NCBI GenBank assembly: GCA_964525455.1
Contig: CAZGHP010000002.1
Coordinates: 1,362-65,361, forward strand
Length of the DNA: 64,000 bases
Direction of reading: 5' to 3'
Source of the DNA: an uncultured Candidatus Saccharibacteria bacterium
GTDB taxonomy: Bacteria; Patescibacteriota; SICC01
Shown one piece after another: positions 9,733 through 18,961 of this stretch. How positions within the stretch are numbered: the stretch's first letter is position 1; each line of letters starts with the position of its first letter. Both the position numbers and the translations under genes were made by a program. The notes beneath the pieces are model-generated. The model saw nothing but the letters and a program-made list of their open reading frames with translations. It did no database searches and had not been told where the DNA came from.

Positions 9733-9752
9733 TGACGGTCCTTGTGGATCCG

Positions 9753-10304
9753 TTACTTGAGTTCGACGGTCGCGCCGGCAGCCTCGAGCTTCTGCTTGGC
9801 CTCTTCGGCCTCTTCCTTCGGCACGTTCTGCTTCACGTCCTTCGGAGCGCTTTCGACCAGGTCCTTTGCTTCCTTGAGACCCAGCTCGGTCACCTCGCGG
9901 ACGGCCTTGATCGCGTCGATCTTCTTGTCGCCGGCCGCGGCCAGGTGCACGGTGTAGGACGACTTCTCTTCCTCACCGCCGTCACCATCACCGCCGGCTG
10001 CCGGTGCGGCGCCGGCCACGGCCACCGGGGCGGCCGATACGCCAAACTTGTCTTCGATCGCGGAGACAAGGTCCGCCACTTCGAGCACGGTCATCTTCTC
10101 GACTTGCTCGACGATCTGGGTGACTTCCTTGGAGTATTCCTTGGATGGCTTGGTGTCCTCCTTGGATTCCTCCGCGGCCGGTGCGGCTTTCTCTTCCGGC
10201 TTACCGCCGCCTGTGGGCTTGTCGTCCTTCTTCTCCTCCGCAGGCTGATCCTGCTTGTCGCCGGCCGCTGCGGCCTGCTGTTCGTCCTTGGCTTCGTCCG
10301 CCAT
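9753..10304 (-). CDS. rplL: 50S ribosomal protein L7/L12 with acidic N-terminal extension
   Basis: [41 protein letters not shown]. Confidence 0.97.
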   Translation of the reverse strand: MADEAKDEQQAAAAGDKQDQPAEEKKDDKPTGGGKPEEKAAPAAEESKEDTKPSKEYSKEVTQIVEQVEKMTVLEVADLVSAIEDKFGVSAAPVAVAGAAPAAGGDGDGGEEEKSSYTVHLAAAGDKKIDAIKAVREVTELGLKEAKDLVESAPKDVKQNVPKEEAEEAKQKLEAAGATVELK

Positions 10305-10387
10305 ATGAACCTCCTCGGTTAGTACTTAGTTATGTTACGAGCTAGTGCTCTCCGCGTGCCGCGATATGCTCGCGACGCCCGGAGAGC

Positions 10388-10903
10388 CTAGGCCTTCTGC
10401 TCTTTGACGGCGCTCAGCGCGTACACCAGGTCGCGCGGCACGGCCGACAGGCCGCTGGCCAGGTTCCGGACCGGCGCGCTGATGCTGCCCACCAGTCGGC
10501 CGAGCAGTTCGTCGCGGCCCGGTAGTGAAGCCAGCTTCGAGATTACCGTGACTTCGACCTGTTCGCCGTCCACGATTCCGCCGGTCACTTCCAGCGCCTC
10601 GTGTTCCTTGGCGAATCGCGAAACCGCCTTGGAGACCGCGACCGGATCCTCGAACCCAAATGCTACCCCGACCGGTCCGGTCAGCTCGGCGACGTTCAGG
10701 CCGGCGTCCTTGGCGGCGCGCTGGAAAAGCGTGTTCTTGACCACCTCGAACCGCATGCCGGCTTCGCGAAGCTTCGCCTGCAGTTCCTGCTGGGCGCGCA
10801 CGCCGAGGCCTTTGTAGTCGGTGAATACCACGGCAGCGGCATCCTGCAGCGCCTTGGTGAGCGCTTGGACGACGGCTTCCTTCTGTTCGCGTGTCTTGGG
10901 CAT
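10388..10903 (-). CDS. rplJ: 50S ribosomal protein L10
   Basis: DYKGL, VVKNTL, LASLPGRDEL; ATG 10903. Confidence 0.95.
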   Translation of the reverse strand: MPKTREQKEAVVQALTKALQDAAAVVFTDYKGLGVRAQQELQAKLREAGMRFEVVKNTLFQRAAKDAGLNVAELTGPVGVAFGFEDPVAVSKAVSRFAKEHEALEVTGGIVDGEQVEVTVISKLASLPGRDELLGRLVGSISAPVRNLASGLSAVPRDLVYALSAVKEQKA

Positions 10904-10909
10904 GAAAAA

Positions 10910-11030
10910 ACCTTTGGTTGTCGCCAAAGGTCAGGAAATCATCGATGCGAAAAACAGGTTTTCGCGTCTCCTGCGCGGCGGTTATGCTCCGGTCTGGCCG
11001 AGGCAGCCACGGTCTTTGGCGACAGGATTT
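10910..11030 (-). promoter_or_regulatory. L10 leader (autoregulatory RNA)
   Basis: GTCGCCAAAG...CTTTGGCGAC outer stem with AAGACCGTGG..CCGCGCAGG core directly upstream of rplJ. Confidence 0.65.
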
Positions 11031-11056
11031 AGTTTACGTTTCCGAGCGGGCTACCG

Positions 11057-11548
11057 TCAACTCGAACGCTCATAATCCACGTACCGATATGCGGGGTCCT
11101 CGTCGGCGTGCGATTCGGAGCGGGTTTCGCGGAAGCGGTCTCCGATCTCCGGAAAGAACGTGTCGGCCTCATGCGTGCCCGCCACATGCGTCAAGCGAAG
11201 CTCGTCGGCGAGCGGCAGTGCCAGCCGGAATATCTCTTCTCCACCGATCACGTACGCTTCGCTATCGTGCTCCGCCGCGACGGCGAGGGCCGCATCCAGC
11301 GAAGCGACGACGATACACCCATCGGCCGCATAGTCTGGCTTCCGCGTCAGTATGATGTTCGTCCGCCCCGGAAGGGGCTTACCCATGGATTCGAACGTCT
11401 TCCGCCCCATAATCATCGGATGGCCGAGCGTGATCTCCTTGAACCGTTTCCAGTCGGCGGGAATACGCCACGGGATGTCGCCGTCTTTCCCGATACCGCG
11501 TTCCTCGTCCAGGGCGGCGATCAGGATGACGCGCGACCGCTCGATCAG
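11057..11548 (-). CDS. folA: Dihydrofolate reductase (non-canonical start, CTG/ATT/ATC at 11545-11551)
   Basis: [30 protein letters not shown] lies upstream of the tracked ATG; [24 protein letters not shown]. Confidence 0.92.
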   Translation of the reverse strand: MIERSRVILIAALDEERGIGKDGDIPWRIPADWKRFKEITLGHPMIMGRKTFESMGKPLPGRTNIILTRKPDYAADGCIVVASLDAALAVAAEHDSEAYVIGGEEIFRLALPLADELRLTHVAGTHEADTFFPEIGDRFRETRSESHADEDPAYRYVDYERSS

Positions 11549-12495
11549 AATCCTCCGGCGACGGTCACCTTGCCCTTGATCGGAGGATGCGGATCGTAGT
11601 TCCCGACGGTGAAGTCATCGTAGGTGAAACCGTCGATCGAAGTGATCTCGGGATTGAGACGCATCGTCGGGAATGGCCGCGGCTGCCGGGTGAGCTGTTC
11701 CCGTACCTGGTCGAAGTGGTTGCTGTAGATGTGCGCATCCCCAAACGTGTGTACGAAGTCTCCCGGCTCCAGGTCAGTCACATGCGCGACCATCTGGAGC
11801 AGCAGCGCATAGCTCGCGATGTTGAACGGGACGCCGAGAAACAGGTCGGCGCTCCGCTGATAAAGCTGAAGCGACAACCGTCCATTCGTCACATTGAAGT
11901 GGAACAGGGTGTGGCACGGCGGCAGCGCCATGGCCTGCTCGGGCGACGCGGCCATCTCGTAGATGTATTCGGGATTCCAGGCCGACACCACTAAGTGCTT
12001 GCGATGCGGAGTCGTGCGGAGCTTGTCGATGATCCAGCCAAGCTGATCGACCGTACGGCCGTCGGTCGTGGGCCAGCTCCGCCACTGCACGCCGTAGACG
12101 TTGCCGAGATGTCCCCACGCCCGGGCGAATTCCTCATCCCGCTCGATCTTCGCGATAAATTCATCCTGTTCGAGCGGCGGGACCATGCCGTTCTCCATGG
12201 CTTTCGCATATTTCCGGTACGGCCACTCATCCCAGATGTGGATCCCGTTATCCACCAGATACTTGATGTTGGAATCGCCCTTCAAGAACCAGAGTAGCTC
12301 GTGCGTGATTCCCCGCATGAATACTTTCTTCGTCGTCAGTAACGGGAATCCCTGGGAAAGGTCGAAGCGGATTTGCCTTCCGAAGACGCTTTTGATGGTG
12401 GTTTCGGCGTTATGCACCGGCTTTTCGGCCCCATGCTGCATCACGTCCTGGAGCAGGCCGAGGTATTGGTATTCCGGGTGCGTGTCGGTTTGCAT
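11545..12495 (-). CDS. thyA: Thymidylate synthase
   Basis: [30 protein letters not shown]. Confidence 0.97.
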   Translation of the reverse strand: MQTDTHPEYQYLGLLQDVMQHGAEKPVHNAETTIKSVFGRQIRFDLSQGFPLLTTKKVFMRGITHELLWFLKGDSNIKYLVDNGIHIWDEWPYRKYAKAMENGMVPPLEQDEFIAKIERDEEFARAWGHLGNVYGVQWRSWPTTDGRTVDQLGWIIDKLRTTPHRKHLVVSAWNPEYIYEMAASPEQAMALPPCHTLFHFNVTNGRLSLQLYQRSADLFLGVPFNIASYALLLQMVAHVTDLEPGDFVHTFGDAHIYSNHFDQVREQLTRQPRPFPTMRLNPEITSIDGFTYDDFTVGNYDPHPPIKGKVTVAGGF

Positions 12496-12497
12496 CG

Positions 12498-13187
12498 TCA
12501 GGTTACGGTGAACGTCTTCTCAGTCCGATAATACTCGGGCCAGTGCTCGTTATAAAACGCGAACATCCGGCCGAGCCGTTCCTGAGAGAGTTCCTCGAAT
12601 CCCAACGCCGCCAACTCCTCGAGGATTCCCGTGCGGGCCTTCGCGGCGCCGTCTTCCGAATCCACGACCTTCTCGATTTCCGCCAGGTAGCCGTAACCGG
12701 CGTTCCGGTCGATGCATACGGTGTAATCCTTGTAGCGATATTCCGTCCGGTCGCGCGACCACTTGGAGAGGAAGTCGAAACCGGCCTTCCGGATCGCGGA
12801 GTCAAGTGCGTCGATGCCGGTCGCGGTAGTGCGATACTCGCCTTCCCGGCGCGCGATCGCATGCTGGTCGTCCTCGGATCCCTTGGCCGCCTTGACGACC
12901 AGCAGCACGGCATCGTCCTGCTGCCGGGTCCGGAGTGAGAACGTCGGCGCGGCGGTCACGATCTCACGCAGCGACGCAAGGTCGTCATCGTTCAGCAAGC
13001 CGCGGACCGCATCCACGAGCTGCGCAGCGTCGCCCGCGTCGTCGAAATAATGATTGAGCTGGCTGGCCTGTACGGTTCGTTTCAAGCCGGGGTCATGTTC
13101 CCCTAAGCGTGCTATAAACCGGTCCACGTTCTCCCGGCTGCCCAGCAGCGTCTTCACCTCCACCTCGAACCGCTTGGCGACCGTCAT
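12498..13187 (-). CDS. CYTH-family (triphosphate tunnel) protein
   Basis: N-terminal EVEVK (ExExK), [17 protein letters not shown]. Confidence 0.75.
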   Translation of the reverse strand: MTVAKRFEVEVKTLLGSRENVDRFIARLGEHDPGLKRTVQASQLNHYFDDAGDAAQLVDAVRGLLNDDDLASLREIVTAAPTFSLRTRQQDDAVLLVVKAAKGSEDDQHAIARREGEYRTTATGIDALDSAIRKAGFDFLSKWSRDRTEYRYKDYTVCIDRNAGYGYLAEIEKVVDSEDGAAKARTGILEELAALGFEELSQERLGRMFAFYNEHWPEYYRTEKTFTVT

Positions 13188-13876
13188 GGGCGTACCCGCT
13201 TACGGCCGCCGGCCACCTTCGCAAGTCCGCGCTTGGCGGTCTTCGGGGTGACGTTCTTGTCCCTGGCCTCCTCGAATATCCGACTCGCGCCCGGCTCCGT
13301 GGTGTGGGCGTACTTGTTGGTCTTCTTCTTCGCGTAGGGCACGTCCGCCGGCGTAGACAGTTGTTCGAATGCCAACTGACAGAACCGCATTTCCGAATGC
13401 AACAGCACCGGCACCATGCCGATATTCGTGATTTCCAGCGTGATATGCCCGGTCCAACCGGCATCGATATGGCCGGCCGTCGAGTGGATCACGATGCCGA
13501 GCCGTCCCAGCGACGACTTCCCCTCGATCCGCGCGGCGATGTCGTCGGGGAGCGTGACGGATTCGTGCGTAAGCCCGAGCACGAACTCGCCGGGATGGAG
13601 CACGAATGCACGCGGACCCTTGGGCGTGTTCGGCAGCAACGGCTGCACCGCCGGGCCGGATTCGGCAACATCTACCAGGTCGGTCAGCTGCTCGAAGGTC
13701 TCTTTGTCCTGCGGGTCGATGTACGGCGTGGCCGTGGATTTGAAGACCCGGAACTTCGAGGAGAGCCGCAGGTCGAGGCTGCAGGATCCCAGCGCCGCGT
13801 CCAGGTCCGGCGCGGGAGTCACCTTGATCGTTCCGTCCGCGAGCCGTTCCTTGATGTCGCGGTCGGAGAGAATCAC
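13184..13876 (-). CDS. dcd: dCTP deaminase
   Basis: MILSDRDI, EGKSSLGRLG, TAGHIDAGW, TLEITN. Confidence 0.95.
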   Translation of the reverse strand: MILSDRDIKERLADGTIKVTPAPDLDAALGSCSLDLRLSSKFRVFKSTATPYIDPQDKETFEQLTDLVDVAESGPAVQPLLPNTPKGPRAFVLHPGEFVLGLTHESVTLPDDIAARIEGKSSLGRLGIVIHSTAGHIDAGWTGHITLEITNIGMVPVLLHSEMRFCQLAFEQLSTPADVPYAKKKTNKYAHTTEPGASRIFEEARDKNVTPKTAKRGLAKVAGGRKRVRP

Positions 13877-14754
13877 GTGGCCTCCGCGGCGATCGTGTCG
13901 GGATTCACCCGAACGCCCGGCCCCATGGTCGAGGCCAACGTGACGCTCCGGATGAAAGTCCCCTTGGCGTCGTCTGGCTTGGCAGCCTGCACCGCTCCCA
14001 CGTACGTCGCGACGTTCTTGGTGAGATCATCGGCCTTGAACGAGGCCTTGCCGACGCCGGCGTGGATGGTGGCGTCCTTGGCCACGCGGAATTCGATGCT
14101 GCCTGCCTTCACCTTCTTGATCGCGTCCTCGAATTTCTCCGAGACGGTGCCACTCTTCGGGTTCGGCATCAGGCCTTTCGGGCCGAGGACCTTCCCCAGC
14201 TTGCCGACCTCGACCATCTGGTCGGGCGTGGCGACCGCCACGTCGAAACCCGTCCAGCCGTCCTTGAGTTTCTTGAGCGTGGCGTCATCGGACACGAAGT
14301 CGGCACCGGCCTGGGTAGCCGCGGCGGCCTTGCCGGACGGTACGAACGCCATCACCTTCACATCCCTGCCGGTCCCGGCCGGGAGCTGCACGGTGCCGCG
14401 CACGCTCTGTTCGGCCAGGCGCGGGTCGATACCGAGACGGATGTGCACCTCGACGGTACCGTCGAACGTGGAAGTGCTGGTCTTCTGCACCAACTCCACC
14501 GCTTCGGCGAGCGGGTAGCGCTTGCCGGCCTCCACTTGCCCGGCGGCTTCACGGTAGCGTTTGCCCCGCGAACGGTCGCCCGGATGCCGGGAAGGTGTCT
14601 TCGCAGGTTTCGCCGAAGCGACCTTCGTCACGGGCTTCTTCGCCGCCGGTTTCTTTACGGCCGGTTTCTTCGCGGCCGGTTTCTTTACGGCTGGTTTCTT
14701 CGCGGCCGTTCCGGCCGCCTCGGTCGCCTGAGTTGTGGTCTTCTGCTCTGCCAT
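13873..14754 (-). CDS. rplA: 50S ribosomal protein L1 with Lys/Pro/Ala N-terminal extension
   Basis: VRGTVQLPAGTG, LGPKGLMPNPKSGTV, STMGPG. Confidence 0.97.
   Translation of the reverse strand: MAEQKTTTQATEAAGTAAKKPAVKKPAAKKPAVKKPAAKKPVTKVASAKPAKTPSRHPGDRSRGKRYREAAGQVEAGKRYPLAEAVELVQKTSTSTFDGTVEVHIRLGIDPRLAEQSVRGTVQLPAGTGRDVKVMAFVPSGKAAAATQAGADFVSDDATLKKLKDGWTGFDVAVATPDQMVEVGKLGKVLGPKGLMPNPKSGTVSEKFEDAIKKVKAGSIEFRVAKDATIHAGVGKASFKADDLTKNVATYVGAVQAAKPDDAKGTFIRSVTLASTMGPGVRVNPDTIAAEAT
14634..14706. repeat. 15-bp tandem repeat encoding (A/V)KKPA
   Basis: GCCGGTTTCTTTACG / GCCGGTTTCTTCGCG copies. Confidence 0.85.
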
Positions 14755-14761
14755 GGTGGAT

Positions 14762-14802
14762 TGCGGTACCAACGCCCCCGTCACGAATGGGGCTCCCGCG
14801 GT
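14762..14802 (-). promoter_or_regulatory. Putative L1-binding autoregulatory hairpin upstream of rplA
   Basis: GCGGGAGCCCC...GGGGCGTTGGTACCGC resembles the GGGAG/GCGUUxUACC L1 site; TACACT -10 just upstream. Confidence 0.65.
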
Positions 14803-14854
14803 TACCTACTCAGTGTACCCGATACACAGATCCGAGTTTTCCCCAACCCTGCCG

Positions 14855-15259
14855 CTAGCGGGCGGCAAGCCGCTCGACGATCGGCACGTCCGCCGGGGCG
14901 AACTCAAAGTCGTGAAGCAGCCGTTCCAGCCCGACCACTCGTGCATCCTGCACGTCGCGGAGCTCGAACTTATCGGAATCGCCTTCACACTCCCAGCAAT
15001 CGAGGCGGATACGGACCGTTCCTTCGGCGGTCTCGTAATCATGGACGTTCTCCGCGTACGGCCCAATGACCCGGACCTCCAAGCCCAACTCTTCGCCGAT
15101 CTCACGGATGATCGCATCTTCCGGTTTTTCACCAAACCGTACCTTCCCGCCGGGAAACTCCCAGAGATCCGGTGCGAGCGGACTGTCCGATTTACGCTGG
15201 GCAATCAGGACCTTGTCGCCGTATCGGATGATCGCGGCAACGACATGCAGTTCTTTCAT
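14855..15259 (-). CDS. MutT-like NUDIX hydrolase
   Basis: WEFPGGKVRFGEKPEDAIIREIGEELG Nudix box. Confidence 0.9.
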   Translation of the reverse strand: MKELHVVAAIIRYGDKVLIAQRKSDSPLAPDLWEFPGGKVRFGEKPEDAIIREIGEELGLEVRVIGPYAENVHDYETAEGTVRIRLDCWECEGDSDKFELRDVQDARVVGLERLLHDFEFAPADVPIVERLAAR

Positions 15260-15262
15260 GGC

Positions 15263-15688
15263 TTACTTCTCGACGGTCACGCCCATCGAGCGGGCGGTGC
15301 CGGCGATGATCTTCTTGGCAGCTTCGATATCGTTGGCCGAAAGGTCTTCCATCTTCTGCTTGGCGATCTCCTCGAGCTGCGCTTCCTTGATCTTCGCGAC
15401 CTTGGTCTTGAGTGCGTTGTCGCTGCCCTTCTGCAGGCCGATCGCCTTCTTGATCAGGATCGCCGCGGGCGGCGTCTTGGTGATGAAGGTAAACGTCCGG
15501 TCCTCGTAAATAGTCAGCTCGACCGGCACGATCGTGTCGCCCATCTGCTTGGTCTGTTCGTTGAACGCCTTGCAGAAATCCATGATCTGGATGCCATGGG
15601 GACCCAGGGCGGTACCGACCGGCGGGGCGGGATTCGCCTTCCCGGCCGGGACTTGGAGCTTCACGAGGGTCATTACTTTCTTGGCCAT
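15263..15688 (-). CDS. rplK: 50S ribosomal protein L11
   Basis: [23 protein letters not shown]. Confidence 0.98.
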   Translation of the reverse strand: MAKKVMTLVKLQVPAGKANPAPPVGTALGPHGIQIMDFCKAFNEQTKQMGDTIVPVELTIYEDRTFTFITKTPPAAILIKKAIGLQKGSDNALKTKVAKIKEAQLEEIAKQKMEDLSANDIEAAKKIIAGTARSMGVTVEK

Positions 15689-15969
15689 TACAGGGTTCCT
15701 TCCTCCCGAACGGGGTCATTGTCCGCGCGGTCATCGTGCCGAACGGCACGGAACTCTTGCAGTTCGTCGTCCCACCGCACGGTGCCTTCCAAGTTACCGC
15801 TCAAGGCGTCCCCGAGCGAGCCCGCGCGGCGCAGGGTTTCCTGCACGTCAGGATCACGGAGACGCTCGTCGAACTCCCTCCGGTCCAACGTCGGCGCCGG
15901 CCGTTGTTGATCCCGAAGGAAATCCTCGGCCCAGGAGGGTCCGTCTATCGACCGGTAGGACCCGGTCAT
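15688..15969 (-). CDS. Small hypothetical protein
   Basis: Start overlaps nusG stop (ATGA); stop overlaps rplK start. Confidence 0.55.
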   Translation of the reverse strand: MTGSYRSIDGPSWAEDFLRDQQRPAPTLDRREFDERLRDPDVQETLRRAGSLGDALSGNLEGTVRWDDELQEFRAVRHDDRADNDPVREEGTL

Positions 15970-16508
15970 ATCTTCCTCACTTGCAGGAAGTCGAGCTCGA
16001 CCGGCGTCTCGCGGCCGAACATGTTCACCAGCACCTTGATCTTGCCCTTCTGCTTGTCGACCTCGTCTACCTGGCCGTCGAAGTCCTTGAACGGCCCGTC
16101 GATGATGTTCACGGTCTCGCCTTTCTCCAGGTCGACCTCGTACGTCGGCTCCTCGACGCCCATGCGCTGCTTGATCGTCTTGATCTCGTCATCGCCCATC
16201 GGGGTTGGCGTGGTGCCGGAGCCGATGAATCCGGTCACGTTCGGGGTGTTCCGTACCACGAACCAAGAATCTTCCGTCACGAGCATGTCCACGAGCACGT
16301 AGCCCGGGAAGATCTTCTTGTCGACGGTCTTGCGTTTGCCGTGCTTGATCTCGATCTGCTTCTCCGTCGGCACGATCACCTCGAAGATCTTGTCGGCCAT
16401 GTCCATGGACTCGATCCGCTGGCGGATGTTCTCCGCCACCCGGTCCTCGTAACCGGAGTAGGTGTGGATCGCGTACCAAGCGCGTTCGGTGGTGGGTTGT
16501 CGTGGCAT
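15966..16508 (-). CDS. nusG: Transcription termination/antitermination factor NusG
   Basis: WYAIHTYSGYE, FPGYVLV, VNMFGRETPVELDF. Confidence 0.97.
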   Translation of the reverse strand: MPRQPTTERAWYAIHTYSGYEDRVAENIRQRIESMDMADKIFEVIVPTEKQIEIKHGKRKTVDKKIFPGYVLVDMLVTEDSWFVVRNTPNVTGFIGSGTTPTPMGDDEIKTIKQRMGVEEPTYEVDLEKGETVNIIDGPFKDFDGQVDEVDKQKGKIKVLVNMFGRETPVELDFLQVRKI

Positions 16509-16530
16509 GTCAGGTAATGAGTGAGCGTTA

Positions 16531-16839
16531 TCAGGTCGATTGGGGGACGGGTATGGCGCCGGCCGGTACCTCGACCGGTGCGCCGCCTGGGGCGCCCGGG
16601 ACCTGGACGGGCGGCGCGGCACCGGGTTGTCCCTGTCCGGCACCGGTCGCGTCGAGTACCGCTTGGAGCCCCTGGTCGAACCCATAGTCCACGACGCCGA
16701 TGAAGGCCCCGAAGAGAATCGTCATGATCACGACGATCACGGTGAGCCGGAGGGTCCGGCGGCGCGTGGGCCACACGACTTTCGCGAGCTCCCCGCGCGC
16801 TTCCTTAAGAAAGGAAATTACTTTCCGCACGGGATTCAC
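16531..16839 (-). CDS. secE: Preprotein translocase SecE with Pro-rich tail
   Basis: ELAKVVWPT + TM. Confidence 0.92.
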   Translation of the reverse strand: MNPVRKVISFLKEARGELAKVVWPTRRRTLRLTVIVVIMTILFGAFIGVVDYGFDQGLQAVLDATGAGQGQPGAAPPVQVPGAPGGAPVEVPAGAIPVPQST

Positions 16840-16884
16840 TATAGCCTACCGATATGGCGCTCGCCAAGCGGCGCGGCAGCCGGT

Positions 16885-17775
16885 TCAGAATTCGCCGACG
16901 AAGCTGATCTCGGGCTTCAGGTCGTAGCCGGTCTTTTCCTTGACGGTGCGCTGCACATGGTCGATCAACTTCCGGATGTCCTCGGCGGTGGCGCCCTCCA
17001 TGTTCAGGAAGTAGTTGGCGTGCTGCTCCGAGACCTCCGCCCCGCCGAGCCGGTGTCCCTTCAGGCCGCACTGGTCGATCAGCCGGCCGGCGCCGACGCC
17101 GTCGATCTTCTGGAAGATGCTGCCGGCACTCATCTGGTCGGCGTTCGGCGGGTGTTTCTCCGCCCGCCAGGCGGCGTTGCGCTTGGAGATCTCGCGCATC
17201 GTCTCCGGCGTGGATTCGGTCAGCGCGAAGGTGACCTCCAGGACCACGTCGTCGGTCTCGTGCAGGACGCTCGTGTCGTACCCGAACTTGAAGTAGTCGG
17301 CACCGACTTCCTTCACCGCGCCGCCGCTCAGGATCCGGGCGCCTTCGACCACCTCCTTGATGAACACCGTCCGGGTGCGGTCCGGGGAGAGGAAGTGGAG
17401 ATTCTGCCACATCGCGCCGCCGACCGTCGACGGGATGTTGATGTAATGTTCGAGACCGGAGAGGCCGCGCTCGGTGGTGACCTCGATCAGCTTCTTGATC
17501 GTCGCGCCGCTCTCGACCGTGAGCCGCGTACCGTCGAACCGGTGCGCGGCCGCCTCGTTCTTGATCACCAGGCCGCGGAAGCCGCCATCACCGAACAGGA
17601 TGTTCGCGCCGCAGCCGAGCACGAACCAGTCGGTCCCTTCGGCCCGCGCCCACCGGACGGCATCCGCCAGTTCATCGGCCGACTTCGCGATCGTGAACAA
17701 GTCCGCCGGCCCGCCGATCCCGAAGGTCGTGAACCGCGCCAGGTTAACGTCGCGTTGGAGTTTTGGTGTTTCCAC
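16885..17775 (-). CDS. murB: UDP-N-acetylenolpyruvoylglucosamine reductase
   Basis: TTFGIGGPAD, LGCGANIL, IPSTVGGA, SAGSIF, HANYFLN. Confidence 0.93.
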   Translation of the reverse strand: METPKLQRDVNLARFTTFGIGGPADLFTIAKSADELADAVRWARAEGTDWFVLGCGANILFGDGGFRGLVIKNEAAAHRFDGTRLTVESGATIKKLIEVTTERGLSGLEHYINIPSTVGGAMWQNLHFLSPDRTRTVFIKEVVEGARILSGGAVKEVGADYFKFGYDTSVLHETDDVVLEVTFALTESTPETMREISKRNAAWRAEKHPPNADQMSAGSIFQKIDGVGAGRLIDQCGLKGHRLGGAEVSEQHANYFLNMEGATAEDIRKLIDHVQRTVKEKTGYDLKPEISFVGEF

Positions 17776-17967
17776 GACCCTTTCACTATAGGCCGTTCGC
17801 CGGATAAACGCCTATGCCCCGTGCGGAAGAAGTCGTTCCGCCCCAGACAAAATACGCGCCAAAAGAAAAGAAGCGCTCGGGTATCGCAGGGGCGATGGGT
17901 GAGCGCTTCGGGTGGCGGAACGGGATATCGCAAGCTGTGGAAGCATCGGATAATCTCATTCCGGACG

Positions 17968-18001
17968 GTGGCCTGCCCGGCCGGTGTGCCGGGCAGGCCA
18001 C
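17968..18001. repeat. Perfect 14-bp inverted repeat (hairpin/cruciform)
   Basis: GTGGCCTGCCCGGC-CGGTGT-GCCGGGCAGGCCAC. Confidence 0.9.
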
Positions 18002-18013
18002 GGAAAGAAAGAT

Positions 18014-18057
18014 CCAAGGTCCAAGGGCATCAAGTGCCAAGGGTCCGAGGATCCAAG
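18014..18057. repeat. Six CCAAG-like pentamers at 7-9 bp spacing
   Basis: CCAAG at 18014, 18021, 18037, 18053; TCAAG 18030; CCGAG 18045. Confidence 0.8.
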
Positions 18058-18062
18058 TACTG

Positions 18063-18734
18063 CTACTTGCGACGACCGAGGAACCGGGCGCCCGAGTGCC
18101 ACCGGCGCCCGAACCAGTAGAGGTTCAGGCCCCGCCAGTCGGAATCGTTCCAGAGGCCGACGACCCGACGGTCGTCACCGGAGCCCGTCCAGACCGAGCC
18201 TAGGCCGACGACCGGGAACTCGCGCTGGACGTCGGGGTGGTGCTCGCCGAAGGCGAGCGTCTCGGGGATGACCGCCGGCACGAGGTCGAGCCGGTCGAAC
18301 TCCGCCAGCACCTCGTCGGTAGTCGCCGCGCGGTCGAGGTGCACGAGCACGAGCTCGGTCTCGACCCGCTCGGCCGGATCCGTCGGGAAGTGCTCGGTCG
18401 TCCCGTCCGGGGCGGCCCAGTCGTTCCACGCCAGACCTTGGTAGGCGTCGTTCTTCCAGTCGTAGTTCCCGGCGTCGATCGCCGCGGGAAGGGTGCGGCC
18501 GTGGTCGACGATGACCGCGTACGGGTCGCTGACCGCGGCCTGTGGCTGTCCCGCCGCCACGATCAGGTCGGCCATCTGACCGATGGTCTCCCGGCCGCCG
18601 TCCGTGACCAGCCGGTGCAGGTCCTGGGCGCTGCCGCCGCGGTCCCGCACCTCTTTGACCAGCCGGTCCCAGAATCCGGTCAGGACTCCGGCACCGCCGA
18701 TCAACGCCTCGATCTCTTTGGTGCTTCTGGCCAT
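18063..18734 (-). CDS. CPR-type hypothetical protein with DGR-target-like C-terminus
   Basis: AGNYDW; LAFGEHHPDVQREFPVVGLGS; ends RGLNLYWFGRRWHSGARFLGRRK. Confidence 0.75.
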   Translation of the reverse strand: MARSTKEIEALIGGAGVLTGFWDRLVKEVRDRGGSAQDLHRLVTDGGRETIGQMADLIVAAGQPQAAVSDPYAVIVDHGRTLPAAIDAGNYDWKNDAYQGLAWNDWAAPDGTTEHFPTDPAERVETELVLVHLDRAATTDEVLAEFDRLDLVPAVIPETLAFGEHHPDVQREFPVVGLGSVWTGSGDDRRVVGLWNDSDWRGLNLYWFGRRWHSGARFLGRRK

Positions 18735-18934
18735 GGTGGCCCCTTTCTAGCAGAACCCCTCACCCGACAATCGCCGGGCCCCAGGTCCTACCTTCGATGG
18801 ATGGATACCACGCTAGGCTAGCCGCAGCGCTAGGCGTACGTACTTACGTCTGCCCAACGCTGCGGCCGATCCACAAGTAGATATGTTAACGAGCCGTATA
18901 AAATACTATAACTAAGGTGATTTTTCAAGATCAG

Positions 18935-18961
18935 GGTCAACGTCGCGCTGGAGTTCTGATG
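18935..18961. repeat. Imperfect direct copy of the murB 5' end (17742-17768)
   Basis: 23/27 identical by manual alignment. Confidence 0.7.

Noticed and set aside
17742-18961. murB duplicate as a DGR TR/VR pair (3 of 4 differences at A on the sense strand)
   Set aside because: Only 27 bp, includes a C/T change, and lies at an N-terminus; better explained as an integration scar
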